Under the pieces are notes generated by a model that did not search any database, was not told the DNA's origin, and was given only the letters and a program-made list of their open reading frames with translations. Shown piece by piece: positions 28,165-39,819 of a DNA stretch of 64,000 nucleotides (position 1 is the first letter of the stretch; each line of letters begins with the position of its first letter). The translations under genes and the position numbers were made by a program. Source of the stretch: Isurus oxyrinchus (lineage: Eukaryota); NCBI GenBank assembly GCA_026770705.1, contig JANJGN010000002.1, forward strand, positions 12,958,001 through 13,022,000. Direction: 5' to 3'.

Positions 28165-29150
28165 TTTAACATTTGTACATGGGATGTGGGTATCACTGGA
28201 TAGGTCGGTGTTTATTGCCCATCCCTAATTGCCCTCGAAAAGGTGGTGGTGATCTATCTTATTGAACTGCTGCACTCCATGTGATGTAGGTACACCCACA
28301 CTGCTGTTAGGAATTTCCAAGATTTTGACCCAACCACAGTGAAGGGACAGCGATATAGTTCCAAGTCAGGATGGTGCATGGCTTGCAGGGGAACACCACA
28401 GATGGTGGTGTTCCCATGCATCTACTGTCGTTGTGCTTCTAGGTGGCAGAGGTCACAGATTTGGAAGATGCTGGCAAAGGAGCCTTGGTGAGTTGCTGCA
28501 GTACATCTTGTAGCTGGTGCACACTGCTGTCACTGGTGGAGGGAGCGGATATTGAAGGTGGTAGATGGGGTGCACAAGCGGGCTGCTTTATCCTGCATGG
28601 TATCGAGCTCCTTGAATGTTGTTGGAGCTGCACTCATCCAAGCAAGTGGAGAGCATGGGTCAAAATCTCCCTTCCTAACAGCACTGTGGGTGTTCCTACA
28701 ATACACGGACTGCAGCAGTTCAAGAGGCAGCATACCATCACCTTCTCAAGGGCAATTAGGGATGGACAATAAATGCTGGCCTGGTCAGTGATGCCCACGT
28801 CCCATGAACAAATATACAAAACAAAATCCGTCACAGACCTGATATGTGCCTTGTAGATGGTGGAGTCTTTTGGGAGTCAGGAGGTGAGTTACTCTCCACA
28901 GAATTCCAGCCTCTGACCCGCTCTTGCAGCTACAGCATTTATATGACAGGTCCAGTTCAGTTTCTGCTTAATGGTAACCCCCAGGATGTTTTGATAGTGG
29001 GGGATTCAGCGATAGTAATGCCATTGAATGTCAAGGGGAGATGGTTAGATTCTCTTTTGTTGGACATGGTCATTGCCCAACACTTGTGTGGCACAAATGT
29101 TACTTGCCACTTATCAGCCCAAGCCTGAATATTGTCCAGGTCTTGCTGCG
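28165..29150 (-). mobile_element. CR1-type LINE (-) with an inverted CR1 3' tail inserted at ~28655-28830
   Basis: QQDLDNIQAWADKWQVTF on -; a + strand tail gggtcaaaatc..ggcaattagggatggacaataaatg interrupts it. Confidence 0.8.
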
Positions 29151-29699
29151 TGTCATGCAAGAAATGACCGTTCCTTATTCCTAATATACAAGAACAGACA
29201 ATACTTGTTCTCTTGGGCAGCCCAAGAATGAAGAACCATTCCTGGTCTGCTTTATTAAAGTTTATTTTCAACGTAACCAGATCAGTTACAATTTTGTGCA
29301 TGATAGTCCCTTGCACATCTTTGGACCTATGTGTGATTTTTGGCTGACACAACTCTACAAATATTGCTCTTCTTTTGTGAGGATTAGATGCTGGCCCAGA
29401 TTTTCGTGGAGTCTTTTAAAAACGGCGAGTGGAACCCAATTCCAGGATTCTCGCCAGCCCCCCCCCCCCCCCAATGCCCAGCGCCCCAAATTTTTGCTAG
29501 CGCGGAATAAGAATGCAGGTAGTGAGTCCTCACCCTGCATTCCCGACCTGGCCAGCTCCTTTGTAGGTATGGGCATCTCCTAACCCCCAAAAACTTTAGT
29601 GAAGTCAGGCCTTCCCCTCCATGTGTCGACCCCGGCTCGGCACGCATCCGTAACTGTGGCTGTCAACGCTCTGCTTCAGGGGTCAGTGGGCCCCATACC

Positions 29700-30050
29700 A
29701 CACCCACCCCCTCCCTATCTCTGTACTCTTGTGTAGCCCTACGACACTCCAATAATTTTGCGTTCCCCCAACACTAGCCTCCTGTGCTTCCTTAATTTCC
29801 GTCACCCAACTATTGGCAGCCATGCCATCAGCTGCCAGGCCCTAGCGCTGGAATTCCTTCCCCAATCCTCTCTGCCTCTCTCTCCTCTTTTAAGATGTTC
29901 CTTAAAATCTACCTCTTTGAGAAAACATTTCGTCACCTGTCCTAATATCTCCTAATGTTGCTCAATTATTGTATGATTGTGCTTCTGCGAAGTGGCTTGG
30001 GATGTTTTAATTATATTATCAGAGATATATAAATGCAAGTTGTTATTGTT
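29700..30050 (+). mobile_element. L2-like LINE 3' end, preceded by a Harbinger-type left end at ~29393
   Basis: ctggaattcc.tccc..cttaaa..ctacctctttga..tataaatgcaagttgtt tail; GGCCCAGATTTTC at 29393. Confidence 0.6.
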
Positions 30051-30282
30051 GTAATTCTGGTAGAGGGAGGATCGCTGACAGAAAATCAGGTTCCATCACT
30101 CCACAGTGCCAAGCTCCAACAGACGGCATTACTGCACTGACATCATTTATCTTCAATTGGAATATAATACTAGTTTTGTGCAAATATACTTGTATTAAAT
30201 GGCAGTTAGAATATATACAAAATTAAAAATAGTATATTTTGTTCATTTCCTGTTGAAGAGGTATTTAATCATTTTCTCTTGC

Positions 30283-30347
30283 CTTGTTAGTGCTGCTACT
30301 TCCTATTGCATAAGATCCAGCTGTCTGAATGCTTAAGCCAAGATGAT
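30283..30347 (-). CDS. WDR27: WDR27 coding exon 10 (GC donor)
   Basis: cag|DHLGLSIQTAGSYAIGSSSTNK|gcaaga; 65 bp, phase 1 to 0 using the GC donor. Confidence 0.85.
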
Positions 30348-30570
30348 CTGAAACAAGATATTTTACTATTAACATTCCGAGACTTTTAAGCATCCTAAAA
30401 CAAACAATGTAATATAAAATAAGACGAATTATTTCAGTAAAATTGCAAGTGGTTAAGTACTTTAAATTAACTAAATTTAAGTAAATTAAGTAATTAAAAT
30501 AGGATCACAATAACTAAGACTCGAAAGGACTATACGCATAAATAAGGTGCAAGCATGGTATAAAAATTAC

Positions 30571-30674
30571 CTTCAAATTGCACAGTAGCATCAATTTCGC
30601 CAGTGGCCAGATTAATATTGAATAAGCCATTTATTGTCCCTACCCATAGGCTGCTGGAGCCTTCCGGTGTAAAA
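30571..30674 (-). CDS. WDR27: WDR27 coding exon 9
   Basis: cag|FTPEGSSSLWVGTINGLFNINLATGEIDATVQFE|gtaatt; 104 bp, phase 2 to 1. Confidence 0.9.
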
Positions 30675-30829
30675 CTGGAAGAGATACCAAACAATAACAT
30701 AAACAATTAAAAATGCCCAAATAAAAGAGGCGCCAGTGGTCAACAATGTTCCTGATTAATAATAAGCGATCATAGCTACCATGTAACAAAATACTTTGAG
30801 TCTATAGTGACTGTCTGATGGTCGACTCA

Positions 30830-31565
30830 TTTGGTGGTCAGTGGCAAATTGACGGCACTCACTGCTGACCACAAAGAAAGCTGCCCACAAAGATCTCTGT
30901 GATGTATATTTGCCCTTTCCTGGTGTCCGTTTGGTGCCAAATCAAGGGAATCTCCAGGCGTGCAGCCACAGTGTTATCATCAAATAGAGTAGGCAGCCAA
31001 TCACACTGAAGTATTCTCACAGACAGCAAACCAGAAAGTAAAAACCACTGAATCCCTTCACCTTTATTTCTTAAATAAATAGTTGGAACATATACAGAGG
31101 ATAATGGTAGCAGGTTAAGGTTGAAACTAGAATATCATACACAAACTCTAAAAAATATTATTTAAAAATGTTGAATTTCTTATCATATGGAGAAATCTGA
31201 CATTCAACAAATATAAAATTACTCTTTCAGGGCCAGTGAGCCTGTTCAGCAGTAATTACAAACTCAGTACAGCATTAAAAACCCAGTTACACATCAATCA
31301 ACAAGGTGTAACTTTTTTTAAGAGTCCTTTTGGCAAGACTAATAGCATAACAGTGGAAGTTCTTGTCAGTTCAATGATTTCTAATTCCTTTCTGGCAGAG
31401 GATCTCAACAGCACACCTCAAAAGCACAGATATCACTGACAACAACTTCTGGATTTGTTCATTTAACTGTATGTTTGCGGACTCGAAAAGGTCTATCTGT
31501 TTCAGAGGAGTAACGATAATAACGCTGACAGCTTTGCCATCATTACCACCCTAAAATCTGGGCCA
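30830..31565. mobile_element. Non-autonomous DNA element (Harbinger-like ends), copy 2
   Basis: Ends AAAATCTGGGCC; homologous to 19358-20040. Confidence 0.6.
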
Positions 31566-32119
31566 TGACTTTTTGAGAATAGGCTCATGCCCAAATTCTC
31601 TGATTGATTGAATGTCTCAAAGATAAAATAACCAATCATAAAGCAATGCAAATAAATCACTTTCTTTCTAATTGATTCATGTTACTTTTATAGAAAAACA
31701 ATTAATCATATACTAGCTCAGTTTCAGTTGTCACAATAGTTCCAGTCTGGTAGCCCATTAAAAATAGACAAAGATGCAAGCAAAAGTCCAAAAGCACCTC
31801 CACAGCTTACCCAAGTTTCCCACCTGCTACTTTTTATCCAAGACTCATAACCTCATCTTTCACTAACCTCTTCTCTATAAATTTCCAATCTCTGAAAAAC
31901 CTCCTCCCTTAGCTGTCATGCTCCACACACTCTCACTTACTCCCAATCTCATTTTGCCACTGATTCCCTGCCCAGCCTTAACATTGCATTGCAAGGTGGC
32001 CTCCCTTCCTTGGTCTGTGAGAATTAATAAAGGCAAAGTGCAAAGTTACTAAGATAATACTTTCTTATTCAAACCTGCATCCATTTGCAATTTTTAAATG
32101 AGAAAAAATACATGCGTAC

Positions 32120-32288
32120 CTTGAATCCTTTTTCAATAAGCCACTTAATAAATATTCACAATGAGACATTCTGAGGATTGGAAGTTCAATGCATGCATGT
32201 GGTCCTCTTTCCAAATCATTACCATTGAGATAGGGTGAAGAATAGTGCAGATTCTTACAATTACTCAGGCTGTTTATATATTCGACAT
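32120..32288 (-). CDS. WDR27: WDR27 coding exon 8
   Basis: cag|DVEYINSLSNCKNLHYSSPYLNGNDLERGPHACIELPILRMSHCEYLLSGLLKKDS|gtacgc; LPILRMSHCE resembles FPVLRLAPCD; phase 1 to 2 fits both neighbours. Confidence 0.82.
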
Positions 32289-32589
32289 CTGTAAATAAAA
32301 AAAAAGATTAACAATTAAATCAACAAATGATATATGTGAATTATGGATTTTAGAAACAAAAACTAAGAAATCTGATGCTGCAATATTGGCTGTGTCCGAC
32401 AGTGTGACATACAAAATGGTAAAATTGCTTTCTCTTTCAGATATTGATTATTCAGCAATGCATCCCATTACTTTCCATCTTTACACATGCATGTATTACC
32501 ATTATCTTGAAAGACAGACTTTGCCCAGTAAAACATATATATGTATACTCTGAATATACCTTGACCAAATAAACAGCAAGGATCACAAC

Positions 32590-33550
32590 AATCACTTGCA
32601 TTTAAATTGCACCTTTAATGTAAAAAAACTCCTAAGATGCTTCACAAAGATATAAATCAAAAATAATGGACAGTAGCCTATACAGGAACTATTAGGAGGG
32701 GTTCCCAAAAGCCAGCTCAAGAGGTAGATCTTAAAGGAAGAGATGGAGGTTGAGAGGCAGCAGATTACAGGAACTGAAATCCAGAGTATGGTGGCTAATC
32801 AACCACAAGAATAGCCAATAATGCTAGAGCAAAGGAGGGAAGATACTACTAAGATGGGGAGGAACGAAGACATGAAGGGGTTTAAAAATGAGGGTGAGGA
32901 TTGTAAATATGAGATGTTAGGTGTCTGGGTGGACATGGGTAATAGATAAGGGGGTCTTTCTGCAGGATACAGGCACCAGAGTTTCAGGTGAGCTGCAGTT
33001 TATGGAAGGATAGGGGGATGAGACTATTGGAATACTCAAGTTTGGAGATAACAAAAGCATAGATAAGAGCTTTGGCAATTGATTGGTTGAGGTGGACCAG
33101 AGATGGCCAACATTACAGAGGATGTGAGGCTGGAAATTTAGTTGAGGACTGGATGTCAGACAAGAAGTCCTGCATCACAAAGGCAGTGGAGGGGCCAAAT
33201 GAGGTGATGGGTAGGCAGAGGTGGGAGCCATCAGAGTATTTATGGCTCCTGATCCTGTGTCTTTGGATGATGTCACCAGGATGTGGATGAGGATGAGGAA
33301 ACCAAGTGGAAACCTGTGGATGAGGAAACCAAGAGTGGATCTGTGGATACTTCAGAGGTAAATGGGAAGCCATTGTTGGAGATGCCCTGGGTACAATCAG
33401 ATAACACAAAGTGGAACTAGGTGATGGTGGTCCTATTGAGCTGGGCAACACAGAAAAAGCATTGGAGAATGAATGGTGTGTTGAACCATGGTGAAGGATC
33501 CAGAGAGGTCAATGAGGGATAATTGCAGTCACAGAGGACACCATTAATGA
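32590..33550 (-). mobile_element. Decayed L2-like LINE
   Basis: Reverse tail cacttgcattta..gcaccttta; purine-rich antisense ORF2 remnant. Confidence 0.5.
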
Positions 33551-33777
33551 TTTTATTTTATTCACTGCCTCTGAACATTATTGTGATAGCTTTAAGTTAT
33601 TGTAAATCAAGAACCCCGTACCTCATTCATTTTCTATGCAGATTATTGAAGCAACCTGCATGGAGACCTTTTTTTGTCCATATCTGAAGCACTTGCAATT
33701 TTCTTTAATCTCCCACTTGTCTGCACAATTTTCAAATATATCTAAATTATTCAGTAACTTATCCTGCTCAGTTCTGG

Positions 33778-33971
33778 CAACATCTGTGGCTAGAGACACA
33801 GAGTTAACATTTCGAGTCTGTATGATTCTTCTTCAGAGCTCTTAAGAGTCATATAGACTCGAAACGTTAACTCTGTTTTTCTCTCCACAGATGCTGCCAG
33901 ACCTGCTGAGTTTTTCCAGCATTTTTTGTTTTCATTGCCGATTTCCAGCATCTGCAGCATTTTGCTTTTAT
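33778..33971 (+). mobile_element. Short Penelope-like element with head-to-head hammerhead motifs
   Basis: 14-bp TSD CTG(C/T)TCAGTTCTGG at 33764-33777 and 33972-33985; inverted repeat centred on AGCT at 33837-33840. Confidence 0.7.
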
Positions 33972-34323
33972 CTGTTCAGTTCTGGTGTCTGCTATCTTCA
34001 CTAATCCTGTAGCATTTGCAGATTTAGTCCCTGTGCTTGTGACACCTAGTTCCAGATTACTGATAAAAGATATGCTTCTTGTTCAGGTAGCATCCTCGAT
34101 TATTCCAGGGTTGCTGAACAACAGCTTATACCAAGATTTTACTACAAAGCAGGGTGAGGAGACAGGCCCCAAGTCCACCACAGCCAGAATGGTGATCAAA
34201 CCCCATGCTGTTGGCATTATTCTGAGCCATGTGGTCAACTGAACTAACCGGGCCCCCATAAAGATATTAAAAACAATAAAGCTGAAATGAGTGAGAATAA
34301 AATAACTGAATCTAGCTCAGTAC

Positions 34324-34447
34324 CTGCATTCTCTGATAATCTGACTTTCTGCTGGATCTTGCAGTAGTATTTCTGCTGTTCTTTCTGTAGGTCAATGTGC
34401 AGCACACGACGACACTGCTGTCTGTTCAGTAAAGTGAAAACATCTAA
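34324..34447 (-). CDS. WDR27: WDR27 coding exon 7
   Basis: cag|LDVFTLLNRQQCRRVLHIDLQKEQQKYYCKIQQKVRLSENA|gtact; 124 bp, phase 0 to 1. Confidence 0.88.
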
Positions 34448-34729
34448 CTGCAAGAAGCAACTTAGAATTAGTTATCAAAACATAAACTATGAATAAAAAT
34501 TAAAATATTGACCATCTTTAGCTGTAGTTATTACACAAGTAAGTGTTTACTCCATATATTGTACAAAAACTGACTGACATGAAAAATTACTAGAGAAAAC
34601 CATCGGTTTAAGAAACATTTAAGGCAAAACCACTCAATTTCCCTCTTCTTATTCTATACCATGTCATTTCAATTCCTCAATGATATTACAACACTGACCA
34701 CACTTTAGAAGTACTTCATTTGTTTTAAA

Positions 34730-35245
34730 ACCCCTTCTGTTCACCCATCACCTCTGTGCTCCCTGACTCATATTGGCTCCTGGTTAAGCAATGACTCGAT
34801 TTTAAAATTCTCATCCTTGTTTCCAAAACCTTGCATGGCCACGCGCTTCCCTAGATCTGTAATATCCTCCAGTCTCACAAGCCTCCAAGATATCTCCATT
34901 CTTCCACATCTGGCCTCTTGAGCATCTCTGAGTTTCATCACTCCACCACTGGTGGCTGTGCCTTCAACTGCTTGGGTCCTAAGCTCTGGAATCCCCTCCT
35001 TGCTACCTCACTTTCTTTCTTTAAGGCACTCCTTAAAACCTACCTGTTTGACCAAGCTTGTGATCATCTGTCCCAATAACCCCTTTTGTGGCTGAGTCAC
35101 ATTTTGTTATATAACGTCATTATGGAGGGCTTTGAGATGTTGCATCACATTACAGGTATTATGCTATTGATGTAAAGTGCTTGGGGAATGTCATGAAGTT
35201 ATAATTATAATTTATATTCATGTCATATAAATGCAAGTCTTTCTT
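34730..35245 (+). mobile_element. L2-like LINE 3' end
   Basis: PITSVLPDSYWLLVKQ*LDFKIL ORF2 C-terminus plus tail. Confidence 0.75.
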
Positions 35246-35705
35246 TTTTTTACATTAGAGGATGGAAATTTTAGTATCAATAAAGTACACTACAGTACCC
35301 AGACAATATTAAAAACTACAAATTCCCACCACAGGCACTTTCCTATTGATATACAGGATTAGAAGCTGTGCTGAATCATGTCCTTCTCTATAAAATGACT
35401 GAATGAGAGATTCCATAAATGACCTGAGCTGAGGTCTATAACCTGAAGATCAAAAATGGGGAGTTTTTATAATTCAAAAGGAACAACTGTATCTGTTTAC
35501 ATGGCGAATTAAAAGTTTTCAATGTGTGCTCCTCCTGCTGTGTGGTTTGCTGCAATGACACATGGTGCAATTGTATATCACATAGCAATAATTACTCAAT
35601 GAACAATCACAGGTGTATAAAGAGGTGAAAATGGGCATGGGCAGGGATGCAAAACATGCAGAATTGCATTCGACTGTAACAGGCTAGATATTCAATCTAT
35701 TGAAG

Positions 35706-36632
35706 TGTTGTACTGTACAGCTTAGAATTGGCACAGTACCACACGACACTTAAACAAATCACAGATGTTATGTCAAAAATAACAGACTCTTATATAAATG
35801 TTATGATATGGCAGATGGTATTTGCCAAGCTGACCAAATCCACAAGGGAAACTTGGCCACACTATCTGAATGATTTTGCAATTTGTATTATGGGAAGGCT
35901 TGTGCTCTGAAGTCAGAAATAATGAGTCCACTGTCACCTTTAGAGATTTTAAAGGTTTAATTAAAACATTTTTGTAATAAAAGAACAACAAACTTAAACA
36001 CACAAAAGATTACAGTTACACAGTTATAACAGTTCCCAAAATTTCTACCTAACCAGACTCCCAACTAAACATCCCCTTTAAGGCAACAATCCAAATTGAT
36101 TCCAAATTTATAGTCATCCACAAGCACCGACTGGGCAATGGACTTCCAAAGGCTTTTAACACAACTTTCGTTATTGGAACAGCAAACTTCTACAGGGTGG
36201 CTAGAGGCTTTTTCCCCAAGTCTATCTCACACAGTCACCTTTCAAGATCTCACATGGCCACACCTCACACAATTTTTCATGTTATCCTTATGGCCAGCAC
36301 TTTTGGGAAAAGTCAACATAATAACCTTGCCTTATTTATCTTGCCAGTTGTAAACATCTTCCAGATCCCTTTGAAAAATCAAACACCTTTCCCACTTATC
36401 TAAAAATGCAAATTTCACTCACACACTATCTGCCGGCCTCACCCGAGCTTTACCCATCTCCATTTCAAACACCTATTTTACACCTCACTTCTTTGATAAT
36501 TTAAACCTTGCAGTCTAATTGTTTCTAGTTTAATTAAATTAGCCACACACAGAACCATATACACACACAAATATAAATCTGCTTTAAAATATTCCACAAT
36601 AATGTTAGGAAAAATTTGGTAATTCCTTGACA
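35706..36632. mobile_element. Possible solo LTR
   Basis: TG...CA ends; right end resembles that of 46463-47354; TSD not confirmed. Confidence 0.35.
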
Positions 36633-37853
36633 TAAAATAAAAACTGAAAATTCTGGAAAAACTTAGGTCAGCATCTGTGGAGAGAGAAACAGAGCTAACG
36701 GGCGAAACCTTCCATGTCCACTGGTGGCAGGCGTGATATGTGGCGTAAGCAGACAATATGGCACAATCAGTTTCACAATGGTGGGAAGGCAGGTTGCTAT
36801 TGTCCGTTCAACCTGCCATCGGCGGGCCGCGTTTCCCACCATCGATCGTCGGAAGCCTCATCGAAATACATCAGCATATCATTATCAGGCCATCCCACCA
36901 GGCTCTTGCACCCCCACTGGATCGTCCGTCCACGTCAGCAGGAAAGCATGCTATCATGTTTCACAACAGCACAGAGGCAACATACACTTGGCAGCCTACA
37001 ATTTGGGTGAACTGGAAGTGAATGCAAATCAATGTTCTGCAGGGCTCGCCAGGGTCGCCTGTTGCTTTTCAGGCTTCAGGGTGCTGGTGGGATTGGGGTA
37101 AGTGCACCTTGCCTCGGAGGTGATTTGTGAGGGTGAGGGGAAGCGTGGGGCAAGTGTTGCCCTGCCTCGGAGGCAATTTTTGAGGGTGGGGGGAGCGGGG
37201 TGCAAGTACAATCTTGCCTCTGAGGCGATTTGTGAAGGTGAGGGGGAGCAGAGGGCAAATGCCGCCCTGTTCGGAGGTAACTTTTGAGGATGAGGGAGAC
37301 CAGGGGGTAAGTGCAACTCTGCCTCTAAGGCAACTGGGGTGGGGGGGGGGGATGCAAGGGCAGCCCTGCCTTTGAATATAGTGCACAAGGATTTGGGGTG
37401 GGGGGTTAGGGTGGAAGAGGAAAGTGGCCACACATTCGAGAGACCTGCAAAAAGTGACCATTCCTCTACAACTGAGACAGTTCAGGCACAGCCACATTGA
37501 TATGATTGGGGTCAGGCACCAGCTTAACTGCCCACTCAAGCAATACACAGGCATCAAAGTGCCACCAAATTCTCCAGAACTCTCCCCACACCGCACCACA
37601 CTGTCTCCTGCCCCCAGCTGGAGGCCCACACAGCCCCTTGCAATGTCAGCATCCCCATTTGAACCAGTTTCCGCCATGGTTCAAGCTAACAGGGCAGCCA
37701 TGCAGCGCACTAATCTCTGACCATCCAAGGGCCGGCCAGCACTCTCCGGTAAGTGTTAGGAAGCCGTCACACTTAACCAGGACAGATTCTTAGTACACCC
37801 ATGCTAGCCATGTGTCTCTCGCTTTCATCCTGCAGGAGGATTACATCAGGATC

Positions 37854-39081
37854 ATGGAGCCTGGTGAACTAACTGTATGCTTGATGGCCTACAGAAGACA
37901 GAGGAGAGAACGACTGAGGCTCCTGCCAGCGCAGAAGAAGGAGCAGCAACCGCAGGAAGAAGGGGCAACTGGGGCTCCCACACACACTGCCCAAGAGTCA
38001 GAGTGAGCCGTCACAGGCCGGCACCTAGCAACACCCAGGCTCTATAGATGCTGCCTTTCATTCCTGCAGATGATCAAGAACCAGTGTCATCAAAGACTGC
38101 GACAAAGGATGTCTAGGGAACCGCTCGCTCACATCTGCCAGTTACTGCAGGGTTTGGCACCACGGGGACATGGAGAGCATCCACTGCCAGTGGCTGCAAA
38201 AGTGGCCACAGTGCTCAATTTCTACGTTCGTGGCTCCTTTCAGGGCTCCACAGGTGACCTCTGTGGGATTGCTCAAGCTTCCACCCACAAATGCATCATG
38301 GATGCCATCCTTGCGAGGACACACAACTTTGTGCATTTCGCCTAGGGCCAGGACAGCCAGGATACATGAGCAATTGAATTTGCCCAGATCTCGGGTTTCC
38401 CTTTGGTGCAGGGTGTGATTGACTGTATTCGTGTGGCACTCAGATCTCCGTTGCAACACACGGTGGACAACCACAAGTGCTTCATTTGTTGAATGTGCAG
38501 TTGGTGTGCAGTCACCAAAAGCGCATCCTGCAGATATGCGCATGGTTTCCAGGGAGCGTGCATGACGCCTACATCCTCTGTCGGTCACAGATCTCTGGAG
38601 TCCTCCAGGATCCACAGAAGCTGCAGGGATGGCTCCTCAGGGACAAGGGCTACCTGCAGAGGCCTTGGTTGATGACCCCATGTGGCGGCCTCAGACTGCA
38701 GCAGAGCAATGATATAACGAGACTCATACTGCAGCTCGCACCTTGGTGGAGCAGACCATCGGGATGCTAAAGATGAATCCAGTGCCTGGACTGGTTTGTT
38801 GGAGCCCTGCAATACAGTCCTCAGAGGGTGTCACACATCATCATCATCTGCTGTGCCCTTTACAACCTGGCACTCCAATGGGGAGACAAGCTGGCTGAGG
38901 AGGAGATGGAGGAGCTACACGTCTCCTCCGATAAGGAGGACGCTAATGGGGCTGAGGCTGAGGAGGTCCCTGGAGGCGACGATGACAGGGATGAGGCCCT
39001 CGCACTGGCTAGATGAGGAAGACACACTCGGGAGGCCCTCAGAGCCACTAGATTTGTGGAGGATTATGGTGACATGCAGTG
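37854..39081 (+). pseudogene. Harbinger (HARBI1-like) DDE transposase, frameshifted
   Basis: PVAAKVATVLNFYVRGSFQ, GVIDC, LNVQLVC, FPGSVHDAYIL, DKGY..RPWLMTP, VEQTIGMLK, IIICCALYN. Confidence 0.88.
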
Positions 39082-39819
39082 AGCTGATCCCTTAGTTCCT
39101 CACACCGCATTTGTGAACATTTGGCTCCAGTCTGGCTTATGGCAGCACGAATACCCTTCCGTCATGGACAGGCGGTGGAGACCCTAATAGTTGCTCGATT
39201 GCAGGAGGATGATGACCAGATACACAGAGGACACTCCAGAAATCTTCACATAGACTCTGAGAATGTCTGACTCCTGTCTGGCCGAGGGCAGCTCACTTGC
39301 GCTCCATGATCAGGGGCATATCATAAAGATGCAGCCATGAAGCTTTAGAAACATCTGATGTGTTGTCCGCCTTCAGTACCTGAGCTCTTCAGGAGCTGGA
39401 GCACAGCATCAGTGGGCACAGATGCTGAAGAGATGGGGGCCAGCCCCTCCTTAAAGGTACTGAGAGACACCAAGAGAATGAGAGAAACCTGTGGTGCCTG
39501 CCCACTACATTCTGGCAGCAAGGATAAGCACCACCGAGGTGCAGGTATCAGTAATGTCTCCAGGGGGTGTGAGGTCAGATCACCAGATCATCACTTTGGT
39601 CTGAAGGCTGCACAGAGCACAGGGAAGAGGCCCTGGTCGGAGATACCTGCCTTTATCTTGTGCAGAAAGGTTCCACATGTGAGTGATAAGAACACTGCTC
39701 AGCAGAACAAGGAGCCACAAGCAGGGAGACATTCTTGGGAGTTTATTGACAATAGTCAACAGTACGTACAAGTGATTAACACCCGTGCCTAGGCTGTGCA
39801 ACTAATTCTCCTTAACTGT

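Noticed and set aside
33622-33765. Possible extra WDR27 exon with AG/GT-like ends
   Set aside because: Stops in all three frames; the peptide ADKWEIK..CKC is a decayed CR1 RT motif.
37854-39081. Domesticated HARBI1-like host gene
   Set aside because: Multiple stops and frameshifts; enclosed by TIRs and a TSD.
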